Origin: Carcharhinus longimanus
Lineage: Eukaryota
Direction of reading: 5' to 3'
Length of the DNA: 64,000 bases
Assembly (NCBI GenBank): GCA_030264375.1
Contig: JASCQW010000043.1
Coordinates: 87,388,392 to 87,452,391, forward strand
The translations under genes and the position numbers were made by a program. Within the stretch, counting starts at the first letter, position 1. Each line of letters begins with the position of its first letter. The notes below the pieces were generated by a model. The model was given only the letters and a program-made list of their open reading frames with translations. It did no database searches and was not told the origin of the DNA. Shown piece by piece: positions 14,561 through 27,110 of the stretch.

Positions 14561-15611
14561 GGCACAAATTAAAGGTCAGAAATTGCATTTAACTGATCCC
14601 TTGCACAACATTTAAAAAAAAAAGTAACTAGATTATGGATACCTGCTTTATCCAAGTTTTTTTCTGTTTTTAGATGCAACCTTTTCACGTAATCTGATTT
14701 ACAATTCCTTCTAGGCTTGCTTCACATTTTGTGGTACAAAATACAATGTGCTAAGGATTTAATATTTTTTCAAAGCTTAAAAGGCAGAGTACTGTAAACT
14801 TGCCCAAAGATGAGCAAAATGTTGGGCCAATGTATGGATTTGGAGTGAGGATCCTAATATATGAATATTCCAAACTTTAATTCCAAAGCTCCCTTTTAAG
14901 TATAATTCTTCCTGGTTTTTTAATTTTTATGTCTATTTGTATGTAGTAGTCACTAACAATGTGGGGGGGGAAACTGACCAAAAAATGATAGTGTTGTGTT
15001 TCATGCTATGCTGTGATGCGGTGGGGGGCAAAGCCCAGCTCCACTGAGATCAGAGTGGCAAGCACAGGCTAAAGATCACCCCTGTAATCACAACCACCAA
15101 AATGATAAGTAAAATATTGCTTGTCAGACCTTTATTCCAACCATTATTTCTTCAGTTGATAGTTCCTATGCAGGCTGTGCATAAGCCTGCCCCTTACCAA
15201 ATGAGTTCCAAACATTTAAAAGGCCTGTGCACAAACAAGCATTCTACATAAGTATACTGACAATCCAGAAATGTAAATTTGAAGATTCAAACTTTCCATA
15301 ACAGCTCATGGAAATAACCTGCTAAATTGCTAGTCTAAGTATTACTACCAGATATTTGTACATTTTTTTTAAAGGAAGGCATTTATTTCAGACATCAAAT
15401 TTTGTTTCCCATTTCCTGCAATGTTTGATTTATAGACTTATTGCTGCTGCATTGGGCAAATATTATGTGAAATTTTCTAATCAGTTTGTTACCACTCCTG
15501 TTGTGGGCTCTGACCTCAAGTGGATCAATTTTCCAATTTTAATGTTTTAAAATAGAGACTGATCAGTGGTACAAGCAGTTTCCCAGTCAGCCTTATGAAC
15601 AGAAGTGTAAA

Positions 15612-15805
15612 GATCAAGTTGCCATAGTACCAGATGACCGTAGGCAGCTCTCCCCTTTTTAAGGGGGAGAGTGGACTGGTGGTGATTTAACCTGAGGATC
15701 ACCACACCTCGGGTGAGAAGCACAGACTTTGTAAATGACCTCAGCCGGTTGGGGAACTGAACCCACGCTTTTGATTACTCTGCATCACTAACACCTATCC
15801 ATCTA
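15612..15805 (-). mobile_element. tRNA-derived SINE of a third family
   Basis: Minus strand has a B-box-like gcgtgggttcagttcccc followed by aaccggctgagg. The 3' part contains the inverted repeat ctctcccctt-ttt-aagggggagag. Confidence 0.6.
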
Positions 15806-17049
15806 AATGACACCTGCATCACCCAATAACATGTGCCCTGCATTGCATTTCATCACAACTTTTTGAATGTTTTTGTCAGCATCTGTCAATAGAGAGAACT
15901 TGACCTTTACTTGTGCAGGTGCAGATCTCTGACCAATTGACTGCTTTGTGATTTTTGTAGAAGGTCTACGTGCCATTTTGTTTCTCAAGATTATGGCCTC
16001 TCTATCCTTATCCTTAATCTTGTATGCAACCAAAATGCCCCTTGTTTTTTCATTCAAATTCCACATTGCTTGGGTGGTGTATTATTCTACTGCTTGTTTC
16101 CATTATTCAACATATTGGTAGTTTATTATTACAGACCTTAATTCTTAATATTGAGACAGGTTTATTGCGCCCCCCCCCACTGATTTGTTACAAGAATAAT
16201 TTTTGGTTCTTTTAGGTTCTGTTTTATGATCTATCATGCAATTAGGCTTATCAATACTTTGCTCTCTCTAATATTATTTCCTGCATCTCCAGAATTCTAT
16301 TTTCAAGCACTTGTTTACTTTTGCAGTCATAGATTTTTGAGTCACATTACTGCATCTACTACTAAATTTGGGTTCCGCTTCCTTCACTTGGAAGTGCAAT
16401 GTAGTTTCTGGCAACTATGCCTTTTTTACAATTACATTTGTTCTTCAGACTTTGTATATTTTTGACAGTTACAATACTATAATGACAACAGTGACTACAT
16501 TGTGAAGCATGTTCTATGCTTCACTTGCCTCCTCCTCTCCCCCTCTCCTCTCTCTCCCCTCCCCCTTGAGGGAACACTCAACTACTTCATCTTTGGGACT
16601 GAACTATGACCATTATATTGCTACCCTTCACTACATTGATTTTGATTCATATATAAAGGCACTCAAATCCCTGAGAGTGCCATATACTATTTTTAGAAGA
16701 GCTACTACCAAAATAATACTTCTCCCCTCATTATTTGAGTGGGCAAAGCAGCATTTGCAGCTTTATGTTCTTGTCTTCTGCCTACTTTTCAGCCTAGTTT
16801 TGTATTGTCGGCAACAGGCACATGGCCCTTTCATTGATGCGTTTTATAAATAGCTGAGACCCAAACTCCTGATCTTTGCCGCATCGGTCCATATTGTAAC
16901 CTGAAAATTACCTTTTATTCCTACTGTTTTCAAAACTCGTGGTCCCAGTCAGCACAGTGGCACAATGGCAAATTGGGGGTTATCTGATCAATTGTTTTCT
17001 CTCTACCTCACTGTTCTAGATGGAAGTATCTGCCTTTTAATCCAATGGA

Positions 17050-19500
17050 ACCAATCTAGAATCTCAAACTGCAGATCAAAGCCAATGCATGTACTACCTC
17101 TACAGCTATCTCCTTTTAAAACTAGATGTAGGATATCTGGAACAGATGACTTGGCTTTTAGTTCATTTTTCTTTTAAGATCATTGCTCTCATTAGATCCT
17201 TTTCCCTTACTATTTCCAGTATGTCTTCTGCCTACTTTGAGGATGGATACAAATATAACACGTCTGCCATTTCCTAATTCCCTATTATAATTTCTCTTCC
17301 CTCTGCTTGAGGGACCAGTTTGCTTTCAATCCTTTTTTTTTGATGCTTTGAAATGCTTCTGATCCGTTTTTATATTTTCTGCTTGTTTATTTATTGTTTT
17401 TCTCCCATTAACTTCTTGATCACTTGCTAATTCTAAAAAACTGTCCCAGTCATGTTTGCTATGTTTTGGTGACATTGCAAGCCATTTCCTTTCATATTCT
17501 TAACTAATACTACTTTTTTCCTTTTTAATTCCTCAAAAGTGAATATTTAAGAGTAATTTCTGGAAAGGTTGTCATTGCTTATAAGCATCACATCTTTTAA
17601 TCTTATTTCCTATTAAGGCACGAGGGAGAAGTTGCCATGTAATTAGCTTTTGTTTAAATTGAAGACCAATTTCTGATGTCGAGCTCAGTGATGGGAAATT
17701 CTTCATTATTGCTCTTCCCAGATAGCCCCTCTGAAAGATTACTACTCTAGATATCTGCTTCTAGACTGTCCTTTTTGAAGCCTCAAAACCCCCCAAAATG
17801 GGGGCCGACTTCTACACAGAATAGAAAAGCAAGTGAACCACTTCAGAATGAGTGATTTGTCATCTCTGCTTAAAGAGCATCTCTTAAACACAGCTCAGAT
17901 TATCCATTTGATTCCTGGTACCAGTAAGTGAAACATCCATTTGCGGGATGAGAAATTGAGGCTGATGTAAAATGACTGGAAAGTGGGGCAGGGTGGGAGA
18001 GTCTGTTTGTCCAAAACAAATGTTGTTTTTGAGGCTGGGATAGTAAGTTTGATTGATAGGTAAACCACAATTGTTAATTATAATATCCATCACATTGAAT
18101 AATAGATTTAAAACATTTTGTTCCCCAGTTGGTTCTTTTGTTCTAGAAAGCTCCAGATACATTTTATGAACTTGATCTCCAGGTTACTTCTGCTAGTTTT
18201 CTTCATCCAGTCTGTATGAAGATTAAAACCCCCACCAACCCCCTTTTATCTAACCCTCATTAATGGCACCTCTAATTTGCCAATTTTTGTATTCTATAAT
18301 TCTTGGTAAGGCCAATGTTTTCTGTTTTTTTTAGCTTTATCAAAAATATTTCTACAACCTGATTTTTGGCCCCTTCGAGGGGCTATATCCTTTCTCATTT
18401 TTAATCACCTTTTCCATTCTGATCTTTTCTGAAAGTGAAATACCCTGAAATATTTGGATCTTCATTTTGCAATCGTGTCCCTCCAAGATCAAACTTAATT
18501 AATCTGTGATCTATTTTATTAGAAATGTTTGCATTCTGTTTCAGACATGATTGTTACCTTTTATTGAAGCTTGTCTCTGCCTGAGACAATGCTTGATTTT
18601 AAAAAAAACTTGTTCCTCTGCTCTACAACCTTTTTTTAGTGTTAACCTTTCCTCCTCTTATAGTCTTGTCAGCCACCCAACTTATTTGATTTCACCTGCA
18701 CGCTGGTCATGCTCAAGTGAGTTCCATCCAATGGAACCGCAACCACTTTCCTTACTAGTGGTGCTGAGACCTCCGTGAATTGAAACTTCTGTCTCGCGTT
18801 CTGGTTTTTGACTAGACATTTTGTCCCTTCAGTCATTTGGCACATGGCTTTGATATTAACTTTGCGATTTTAAAAGAATTTGGACCCTAGTTTCACATTT
18901 GCTCAGCAGAATCTCATTCCTATTCTTATCTAGCCATTGGTTCTATATGAACCATGACCACTGGATCATTCTGTTCCTGTTGCAAATTCTTCACCCATGA
19001 GGAAATGTCCTTACCTCTGACACTGGACAAGGAGCACTGCCTTTGGGAGCTGCAGAAATCTGTACATTTCTTGCTTTACTACTAGTTCATTTATACAATG
19101 TGCTGTTGATCAGGCCAGTATTTGTTGCCCATCCTTAACATTACCATATGCCTTTTCACACTACTGAACCATGTTAATTTGCCCATCGTTCTTGGGGAGC
19201 CTTTGTTCTCACAGCTGTATCAAGTACTTCGTAGCTGCTGGACATGGGTAAATCACATGTTTGTCATATGCTGTATGATAATGAGGAAATCCATTCGTCT
19301 GTAACTCTTAATGGATTGCAATTCATGTATGCAATTCATATGTTCAGGACCTCATTACAAAGATTAAGATCAAAGCTGTTTTAACCTCAGAGGGTACTGA
19401 TGGCCATGAAGGTGGATATTGTTCCAGCTATTTGTGATTCCATGCAAGGGCAAAAGGCTGTGACATCGGAAGTCTCCTTACCTGGTTGACCTTGATTCAA
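17050..19500 (-). mobile_element. Highly decayed CR1-like LINE (ORF1/endonuclease region)
   Basis: Scattered CR1-like phrases (gatctggaacagatgacttgg, ttcatccagtctgtatgaagattaaaacccc, ggcacatggctttgatattaac). Many stops; boundaries approximate. Confidence 0.4.
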
Positions 19501-19899
19501 TTGTATTCTCCTGTTCCCTGACTACTTGTCAAATCTAAACTGCCATTAAGGGTATGACATTCAGGCGCACAAGCCTGACACAAGGTCTCAAGTGGTGGAT
19601 CAAATGGCTCCTGTTGAATCCTTTATACATCAAAGATGATGCCTGAGGTTGCATGGTCTACAATTAAAATCACCTGTGTACAGGAAACTGGTCATTCTAG
19701 TCTGACCCATTTTCACCTGCTTTCGAGCACTCTAATCTTTTTTTAATGGTATGTGGGTGAGGTGTTGTTTAGTATCTGTTCATTCCTGAGGTTATGCTGC
19801 CTCTCTAGGAAATATCACTGCTTTGCCAAGAGATATTGCCATAGTAATTGTTGCTAATCGGCTGAGTTGGGGAATAGTTGACCTCTGATCATTCAGTTC

Positions 19900-22800
19900 C
19901 TTTTGTAGTTGGTGAATTTACATCTGTGCCTTCAGCTGTGAAGGAGTAGCTTCTCCAGTTGTACGTATATTTCTTGTTGCAATATGTCTGGTCGTTCATT
20001 TGCATGTTGTATGATCAAGGTAACAGCTTCACACAGGGGTCCCAAATTGCCAAATAGGCTGACTGAGTGGATTGAACGTTTGCACTCTGGCAATAACTTG
20101 GCAGCTTTATCAAAGTTTTGGTTTTCTTATCATTCCAGTTTGATTATTGTCACCTAAGTCTGTGATTACTTCTGGCTTCAGTGTCTTGGCTAGTGGAAGA
20201 GCAGTTTTGGTGCAGCATGACAGTTGTTGAACTGGACTGCTTTCCATGTCCTCGCTTCTCCACAAAGGTTGCTTTGTATAGCTCTGTGCTGAATCTACTT
20301 GACTTTTTAAAATCTCTTCAGCTTTCTTCACCACACTCTCAGCCTCTGCTTTTGGCTGTGGCTAGATAGTGTAGCGATATGTGCTGAATTCTTCACTCCT
20401 GAACTGAGGGCCATTGTTACTGTCCACAATATCAGGAATACCATTGTGACCGAAGTGTGCTTGTAGGCATTCTACAATCTCTCTGGTCACTAATGTTGGC
20501 TTATTTAATACCCAGTGGTCTGGGTAGCAGTCAATGGTGATGAAATAGTTATAGAGAAACTGTAAAGGTTTATTCCAAGCCAAGTCTTTAATCTGCCTGG
20601 GATGTCATGAGTCAGGAGTGGCTCATTGATGTTCACTACAAGTGCTGCATTGACTAATATGGATCTCTATTTCCTTGTTCCTGTTTGACCAATGGAGCAC
20701 TTTTCTCATGCCTTCCCAAGACTAGACTTGATTCCTTGATAGCTCTTGAACATCTCTTTCCTCATCTCCTTTGGGATGATGATTCAAGTTCCTTTTGTGC
20801 AAGATGCCATCTTGGGCAGTCACTTGTGTTCAGGGCACATTCTTACAGCGCTCGATATGTCCTTGATGGTTTCTGGCTGAACTTTAGAGTTGCATCTCTT
20901 GCAAAATTTTCTTGATCCGAGCAAAATACTTGTCAGATTCAGTGTCTCTGCGTTGATGCCTCAAGCATGCTGTGTTGCTTTTTATTGAATCTAGAAGATT
21001 TCACACTCCCAAAGGTGTACCATTTCCTTCAAAGGAAGTGCCATGCAATGTACACTTGTTTCCCCTGCTTTAATTTCAAATGATATCTTCTCCCCAAATG
21101 AAGTAACATCCTTTTTCAGATGTTATGGAGCAGATAGATACAAAAAAAAGATGCTTCGAAGGGACATAGTCCAATTTTTTTACCATTTTGTTTCCCAAAC
21201 AATTCTGATGCAAATGTTCACAGGCAAAGACAATATCAGGTGTACAGTTGTTCAGTACGAGTTGACACTCTGGATGCAAATTCAACTGGTTATTCTTGCT
21301 GCATAAGGGTTGCTCCAAGTCCCCTCATTGGCATCTCACTTCAGAGTGACTCTGCTACCTCAGCACTGGCGTCGTATCGTTAGTTTGAGAATGAAAGCTG
21401 CTTGTTCTATTCCTCAAAACGATTGAACATCTTGTGAGCTTGTATGGAGGTTCATACTCCTTGACCAGTGGACAAAAAGCTTTCTAGGTAGTTCACAGAT
21501 GCAACGAATTGTTGCACTGCCTTCAAGTCTGGTTGCTGCATCTCTGCTACGACACTCATCAGGATCAGGCCACACTCGCTATCATTACGTGACCTGTTGC
21601 AGTTTCTTCTACTTCAGGTTAATCAGGTGAGCTCTTTCCAGCAGTCGCACTAGATTCTGATCATGGCCTGCAATACTTTCAATTGTTTCTCCGCACCCAT
21701 AGTCTAGCAGATTACCCATGGTCACCTCCACTCCTGGAGAACATTGACTATTTCCATGTTGTTGGTGCAGTTTTCTGGAGCAGTTTAAAAAAAAAAATCA
21801 GCGCCTAATCTGGAAACTGCTGCTTTCATCCAACTATTTTTGCCAGTGTCCATCCTTCATATCTAGGTTTTGCACTGAGGCAGGTTAGGCCTTCCAAGCA
21901 CAAAACAATAAGTAAAGGAAGAATTACTTGCAGAGGGGCCATCTGAAAGATCAGGGTCAGAGTACTGGACCTTTTTCTGGTAAGTTATAGTATGTGCCTT
22001 CAATGACACAAGATCAGGAGATCTCGTCAAAGCTTTATAGAGGCCCTTTGGATCTGTGCATACATTCAGCTTTCCTGGTTGTTTCACTTTATCATGCTGC
22101 TAATCCAATCTGTAGGAGTTGTCACTTTCCTATTCCTCCATCTTGTTTACCTTGTCTTTCAGGCAGAACTAAGGCAGCTGAAACTTCAAGATGCTGACTT
22201 GGTTTCATGCTGTCATCTATTTCAAGGTGATAGTCACCAGGAAGACATCCAAGATTAATGAAAACATCTTAATTTTTTAAGATTTGTTAAGCAGTCAATT
22301 GCTTTGTTGTACAGAGTAGTGTAAAGCTCTGGTACAATGGGGGGTTTTCGGTCTGGATTTGTTTCAGCTTAGTTGAGTGGATTTGGCTTAGTGTTTGATT
22401 TGCAACTGCTTATCTTCATTCTTCCCACTGAGCTCTTCTGTTTGCCCTCTTGGGGGTGAGCAGTGTTCCATCATACAGCCTTAACTTTACCTTGGGCTTC
22501 ATTTTGGGTCACTGTTTTGATGTTGTACATTCCAGTAGTCAGAAACCATTTCTGAGACTTGGGAATGCCAATGTGTTCAATTTGTTGTGTTGGTCATCTG
22601 CCATTTTTCCAGCAATCATATTATTTCACTTTCCACAGTGATTAAGCTTCCTGCAGTTAGCACTTGACTATCCCCTCACTGGATGTGTTTTTTAACATGG
22701 TATTCTGTACAATAATGGCATTCAGTACTCTGATCTTAATCTTTCAGATGGCCCCTCTACAAGTAATTCTTCCTTTTTACTTATTGTTTTGTGCTTGGAA

Positions 22801-23100
22801 GGCCTAATCTGCCCCTTGGTGCAAAACCCAGTGTGTTCTCCCATTGATACTCTCCACCTGAGCTCAGGCACATGTCAATAGCTTTTGAGAGTAAGTTTCT
22901 CCTCTCGCCCTCTACTGATGATTATGAACAGTAAGCACTGGAGCTTGGCAAAGTGTGTCTTACAGACCTCAAATTTCACGATACTGGCTTTTCCTCCAAG
23001 CAGGACTTCAATTTCTTCCCCACCAACACCTTTAAAAGACGGGTTTCACTCGACAAGTAATTCCATGTGTTGTGAAAGGGCTATTGTTTGCTTCACCACT
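19900..23100 (-). mobile_element. Decayed Ty3/Gypsy LTR retrotransposon internal region, antisense to ELAVL2
   Basis: Integrase core ITIDCY...ECLQAHFGHNGIPDIVDSNNGPQFRSEEF (20362-20583), RNase H-like YDAS near 21375, RT-like ADNLLDYGCGE near 21700 and a Cys/His gag knuckle remnant near 22630-22720. The order gag-RT-RH-IN fits Gypsy. No LTRs recognised. Confidence 0.8.
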
Positions 23101-23269
23101 TATTCTTGTAGTTGCATGTACTCTTTCTATTTTTACTGGTGTCTGGATGTTTTCAATTACCAAACACATTACTTATTTTAAGTAACAAATGGAACAGCTT
23201 TGTAATAATGCCATAGAGAAAATGTCCCAATTATATTACAAATTATCTCCTTGGTAGAGATTAGGAAAT

Positions 23270-24095
23270 TGTTCTAGATAACAAGCAGAAGATGATGTGG
23301 TAAATAGTAAGGATGATACCAATTGACTAGAAGTGCACAGGCTAGCAGAATGCACAAAAGTAGCAGAATATAATACAAGTATTAGGTGATGCATTTTGGT
23401 GCAAGGGCTTGGGACAATATGGACTTACAGTACAGTTCCAAAGTGTGTGGTGATAGGGTCTGGGAAAGCCACTTGTGCAGGGACCAAGGAGGAAATCTGG
23501 AGGGTTCTCGTGTGCAGCGGTGTCCTTTTTTTTTCTTGAGGGAGGGACAAAGGATTCACTTCCCTGGAGAGCTGCTCATGTGGGGCCAGCGAAGATGGCA
23601 TCACATGTTGAGAGTAATTGGCAAAGCATATAGGCTTTTGGGTTTCATTAAAAAGGAAGTTGTGCTGAAGCTGTCAGTGATTTTGTCCAGTGCTGGGCAC
23701 GGCACTTTAGGAAGAATGCCCTTGAGAGGATGCAAGGTGTGAGTTAATGATTCAAAGGGATTAAGTAATTGGTAACAGTTTAGTTGGAGAAACTGAAGTC
23801 ATTCTTAGCGCAAAGGATATTGAGAGGCAATACAATGGGTGTGTTGGCAAGTTTGGACAAGGTAGATGAAGAAAGATGACTGTAGAAGAACTAGGAACAT
23901 GTTTTAAAAAGTTTTGAGTGAGATGCAGATTTGAACTTAAACAGTGAATAGTAATGACCTGGAGTTTGCTGCCAACAGAGGTGATCGGTGATCAGTGATC
24001 TGCAAAGGAAATTGGATGGGTACTTGAGGAAAATAAACTAGATTGCTGTAGAAAGCCACGTGGGATCAGTAGGCTGAATGGTGCCTTCTGTTATG
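23270..24095 (+). mobile_element. Decayed CR1 LINE 3' region
   Basis: MHFG..., KAYRLLGFIK...EVVLKL and the tail aggctgaatggtgccttctg. Confidence 0.6.
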
Positions 24096-24460
24096 AACTT
24101 TCTAAAGTAAAAGCTTAATTGAGCAATCGGTTCAATGCTGATTTTGGCCTTTATTCCCACCAGAGGTGGGGTGGGACATAGCTGTGATGGAAGTTGTAGA
24201 TTGTTACTGGTCCCATGAAATTTTGCTTTGGGCAAAACAGCTACTTTGTTTTACAGATGTTGTTTTTAAAAAAAGAACCTCATCGCCAGAGGATTTAGTG
24301 TGATTTTTTTTTTTCTGTGTACACGATGGGGAACACCAGCTGTAGTAACACTTTTTGCTGTTCTCAACTTTTTGGCTTATTGTCTTTGGTGCCTTTTCAG
24401 CATGCCATGCACTTGTGCCATAAAAATCTTGACTTAAATGAAGGATGTATTATTGGAATT

Positions 24461-24639
24461 AAGTTAGTTTATTTAGTCACAAGTAGGACTGACTTATATT
24501 AACACTGCAGTGAAGTTACTGTGAAATTCTCCTAGTCACCACACTCCATTGCCTGTTCAAGTCAATGCTCCTAATCAGCACATGTTTTAGACTGTGGAAA
24601 GAAGATGCTGAGGCAGCAGTCCTAACCACTGTGCTGCCC
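24461..24639 (-). mobile_element. Internally deleted V-SINE-headed element with a different tail
   Basis: Head tgaggcagcagtcctaaccactgtgctgccc is the reverse complement of the 2251 head. Tail is aagttagtttatttagtcacaagtagg...gaagttactgtgaaa. Confidence 0.65.
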
Positions 24640-26559
24640 AAGTGCCAGTAGGACATTGAAATGTCCTATCCTTTTTCATACAGCAAGTCGTGGTCCAAAT
24701 GAAATGATGTCCTGAAATGTGACCATGTTGGAGTATTGCTGGTTAAGGCCTGGATGCAAGCTGCTGCATTGACTCATGAGCAGGTTCAGCTGTCTCTGGG
24801 TGCTATGATGAAGTAATAGGGGCTTAGTTCAGCTTCTGTAAAATTTGAAGGAAAAACAAACTTAATATTCAATTGTCTTAAATCGCCTGCTTTAGTATAG
24901 AAATGCAGCTTTTTCATTTTTCACCATAAATATTTTCTAAACTTGCCTTAGTAACTTGGAAATGTTGCAAATGGAGCAGGAGTAGGCCATTTAAGTCCTT
25001 TTGAACCTGCTCTGCCATTCTTTTTATGATCGTGGCTGATCAGCTCAATAGCCTGATTTCTTTTCTTCCCCCCCCCCCCCTCCAAAAAAAACGAATGATT
25101 TTAGATTGTATTTCCAAATACAATTTCAAAAATGTCCTAGTGGAAACCAATCTTGGTTGAATAGAATTGTTTTTGGGATGTAGTTTTTCAAACTGGGTCT
25201 AGCCCAAAGAGTGGTCAGTATTTGTGAAACTTGTCAATAGCCAAGACAATTTAGATGGGGAAGAGATGGGTAGGGTGAGAGGAGCTATTACTCATTTCAC
25301 TATTTCTACAAAAGCTTTCCTAGGGTTCTTTTTGTACAGCACCTTTTGGACCACCCTATTTTGTATGACACATCTCTTTATCAGAAATTACCCATTTAGT
25401 AATGTTGGTTTGTACTTTTAATCTGGGTTACGTGAACCTACTTTTTCTCTGCTGTAGGCAGTTCTGATTTAAAGATTTCACTTTTTGTATATCAAAGGTT
25501 GTAAAGTCATGCCATCTCAAACATGTTCTTGTTTTAAAACGTTTTGGTTGAGAAGTCTGACTTAATCTTGATGAGCCTGTTCTTCATTTGGTTTCCAACA
25601 CAATTGAGAATTATTCTACAACAGAGGTGAACCATGTGGTTTTTTTTTTTGCCCAAAGAGGAGATGCTTACAAAAACTATCTTTTTATTGCTACCAGTCT
25701 TTGTGGGGGGCAGGGGTGTGTGCTAGAAATCTCGGCATGATATGCAGCTCATCTGAACTCGAATCCAGTTGATGGAACTCAGTAACTGAAATGTAAATCT
25801 GCACCTGAGACATGGCAAGCAGCTGATGCTGGTACCTGGTCCAGTTAATTGTAATAGGTTATTTTCCTTTTATAAATAAAGTATATTTTGTGGTTAGAAT
25901 GTTCTAATTGTTGACATTTCCCTAGTTACAACTGTAGTCCATAGCCTCTTGGGAGACCAGCTGACCTAAAGCCAAAAGCAGACATTTTTACTATCTTTTC
26001 AATTGCTGCACCATTCTGTGTGATACAATCATTTGGAGACATCCTTTGATAAATGAATTGGATACTGTGATCTTGCACTACCCTATGTAGTTTACCAATC
26101 TTCTGAAAGGTAGGCTGAATTTTGTCATGAGAAGGCCAAATATAAATCATTGGGCTAGCTTGTTTACAACCCATTCATGCATCAATTGTTTTATTAATTG
26201 TGAATTTAATTCAGCTGCATGCCTTGTAAATTTTAAAAACAATCACTGTTAAAAGGCTGGTAAACTTTCCACTAACAATTTCTGATCCTGACCAACTCTG
26301 TATTGAGGACATGTTGGATCATTCAATTGCTAAATATTCCCAACTGTCTCTGAGGATGGCCAACCCTTCCACCTCTTCTGGATTGAGTTGCAAAATAAAC
26401 TGGCTGCCTGCTCTTTTGCTTTTACCTGTTGGCTGTACAAAATAAGCATTCCACTGTCAAGTGCTTGAATGGTTGATTCAAATTGTTTGAAAAGCAGGCT
26501 TATATTGTGGAAGCGCAGAAGCATTCAAGGATCCAGGTTCAGAAGACACAAAAGGCAGG

Positions 26560-27110
26560 TTAATTAGTTTTATTTCTGAAGAGCAATCTCCATGAAATTT
26601 TGTTTAATCACTAGGGGTAGAATGGGAAGCAGAATTTGTTAAACTTGCAGATTCCTAATTAGACTAAACTTTCTGCCTTGTGACTGCTTCTCCCATACTA
26701 TAAAATGATATAGGAGGCACCACAGAGCCAAAAAAGATGAATGAGACAAGAACTGAGGGCTTATGCTAACTGAAAGGCTGGAAGCTCTTTTTATTTTGAA
26801 AAGAGAATGTTTGAGAGAGGCTTAAGATTGTGGAAGGGTTTGGGGTAGATATTGAGATGATTCCATTAGTCCAATAGGGTTGAGGTAGAGGAACAATATT
26901 GGGATGGTAGCCCTGTGATGAGGAATTTGGAACTCTTATTTGATTTTTTAAAATATGGAACATGCCACCACAAATAATAATTAGTATAGATGCATTTATA
27001 AGGCTAAACTGGATAAATGCGAGGAAGGAATGAATATGAGGATGTTATTGGGATTAGATGGTTTGGAAGGGACTTGTGTGGGCATATTGGCCTCTTTCTA
27101 AGCTGCCAAT
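26560..27110 (+). mobile_element. Decayed CR1 LINE 3' region
   Basis: ccatactataaaatgatatagg..., aaaaggctggaagctcttttattttgaaaagagaatgtttgagagagg (LGLFSLEKRRLRG-like). Confidence 0.5.

Noticed and set aside
16509-16853. 114-aa ORF and other 60-140-aa intronic ORFs (e.g. 10373-10747, 4026-4382)
   Set aside because: No recognisable domain or splice context. Expected by chance or derived from repeats.
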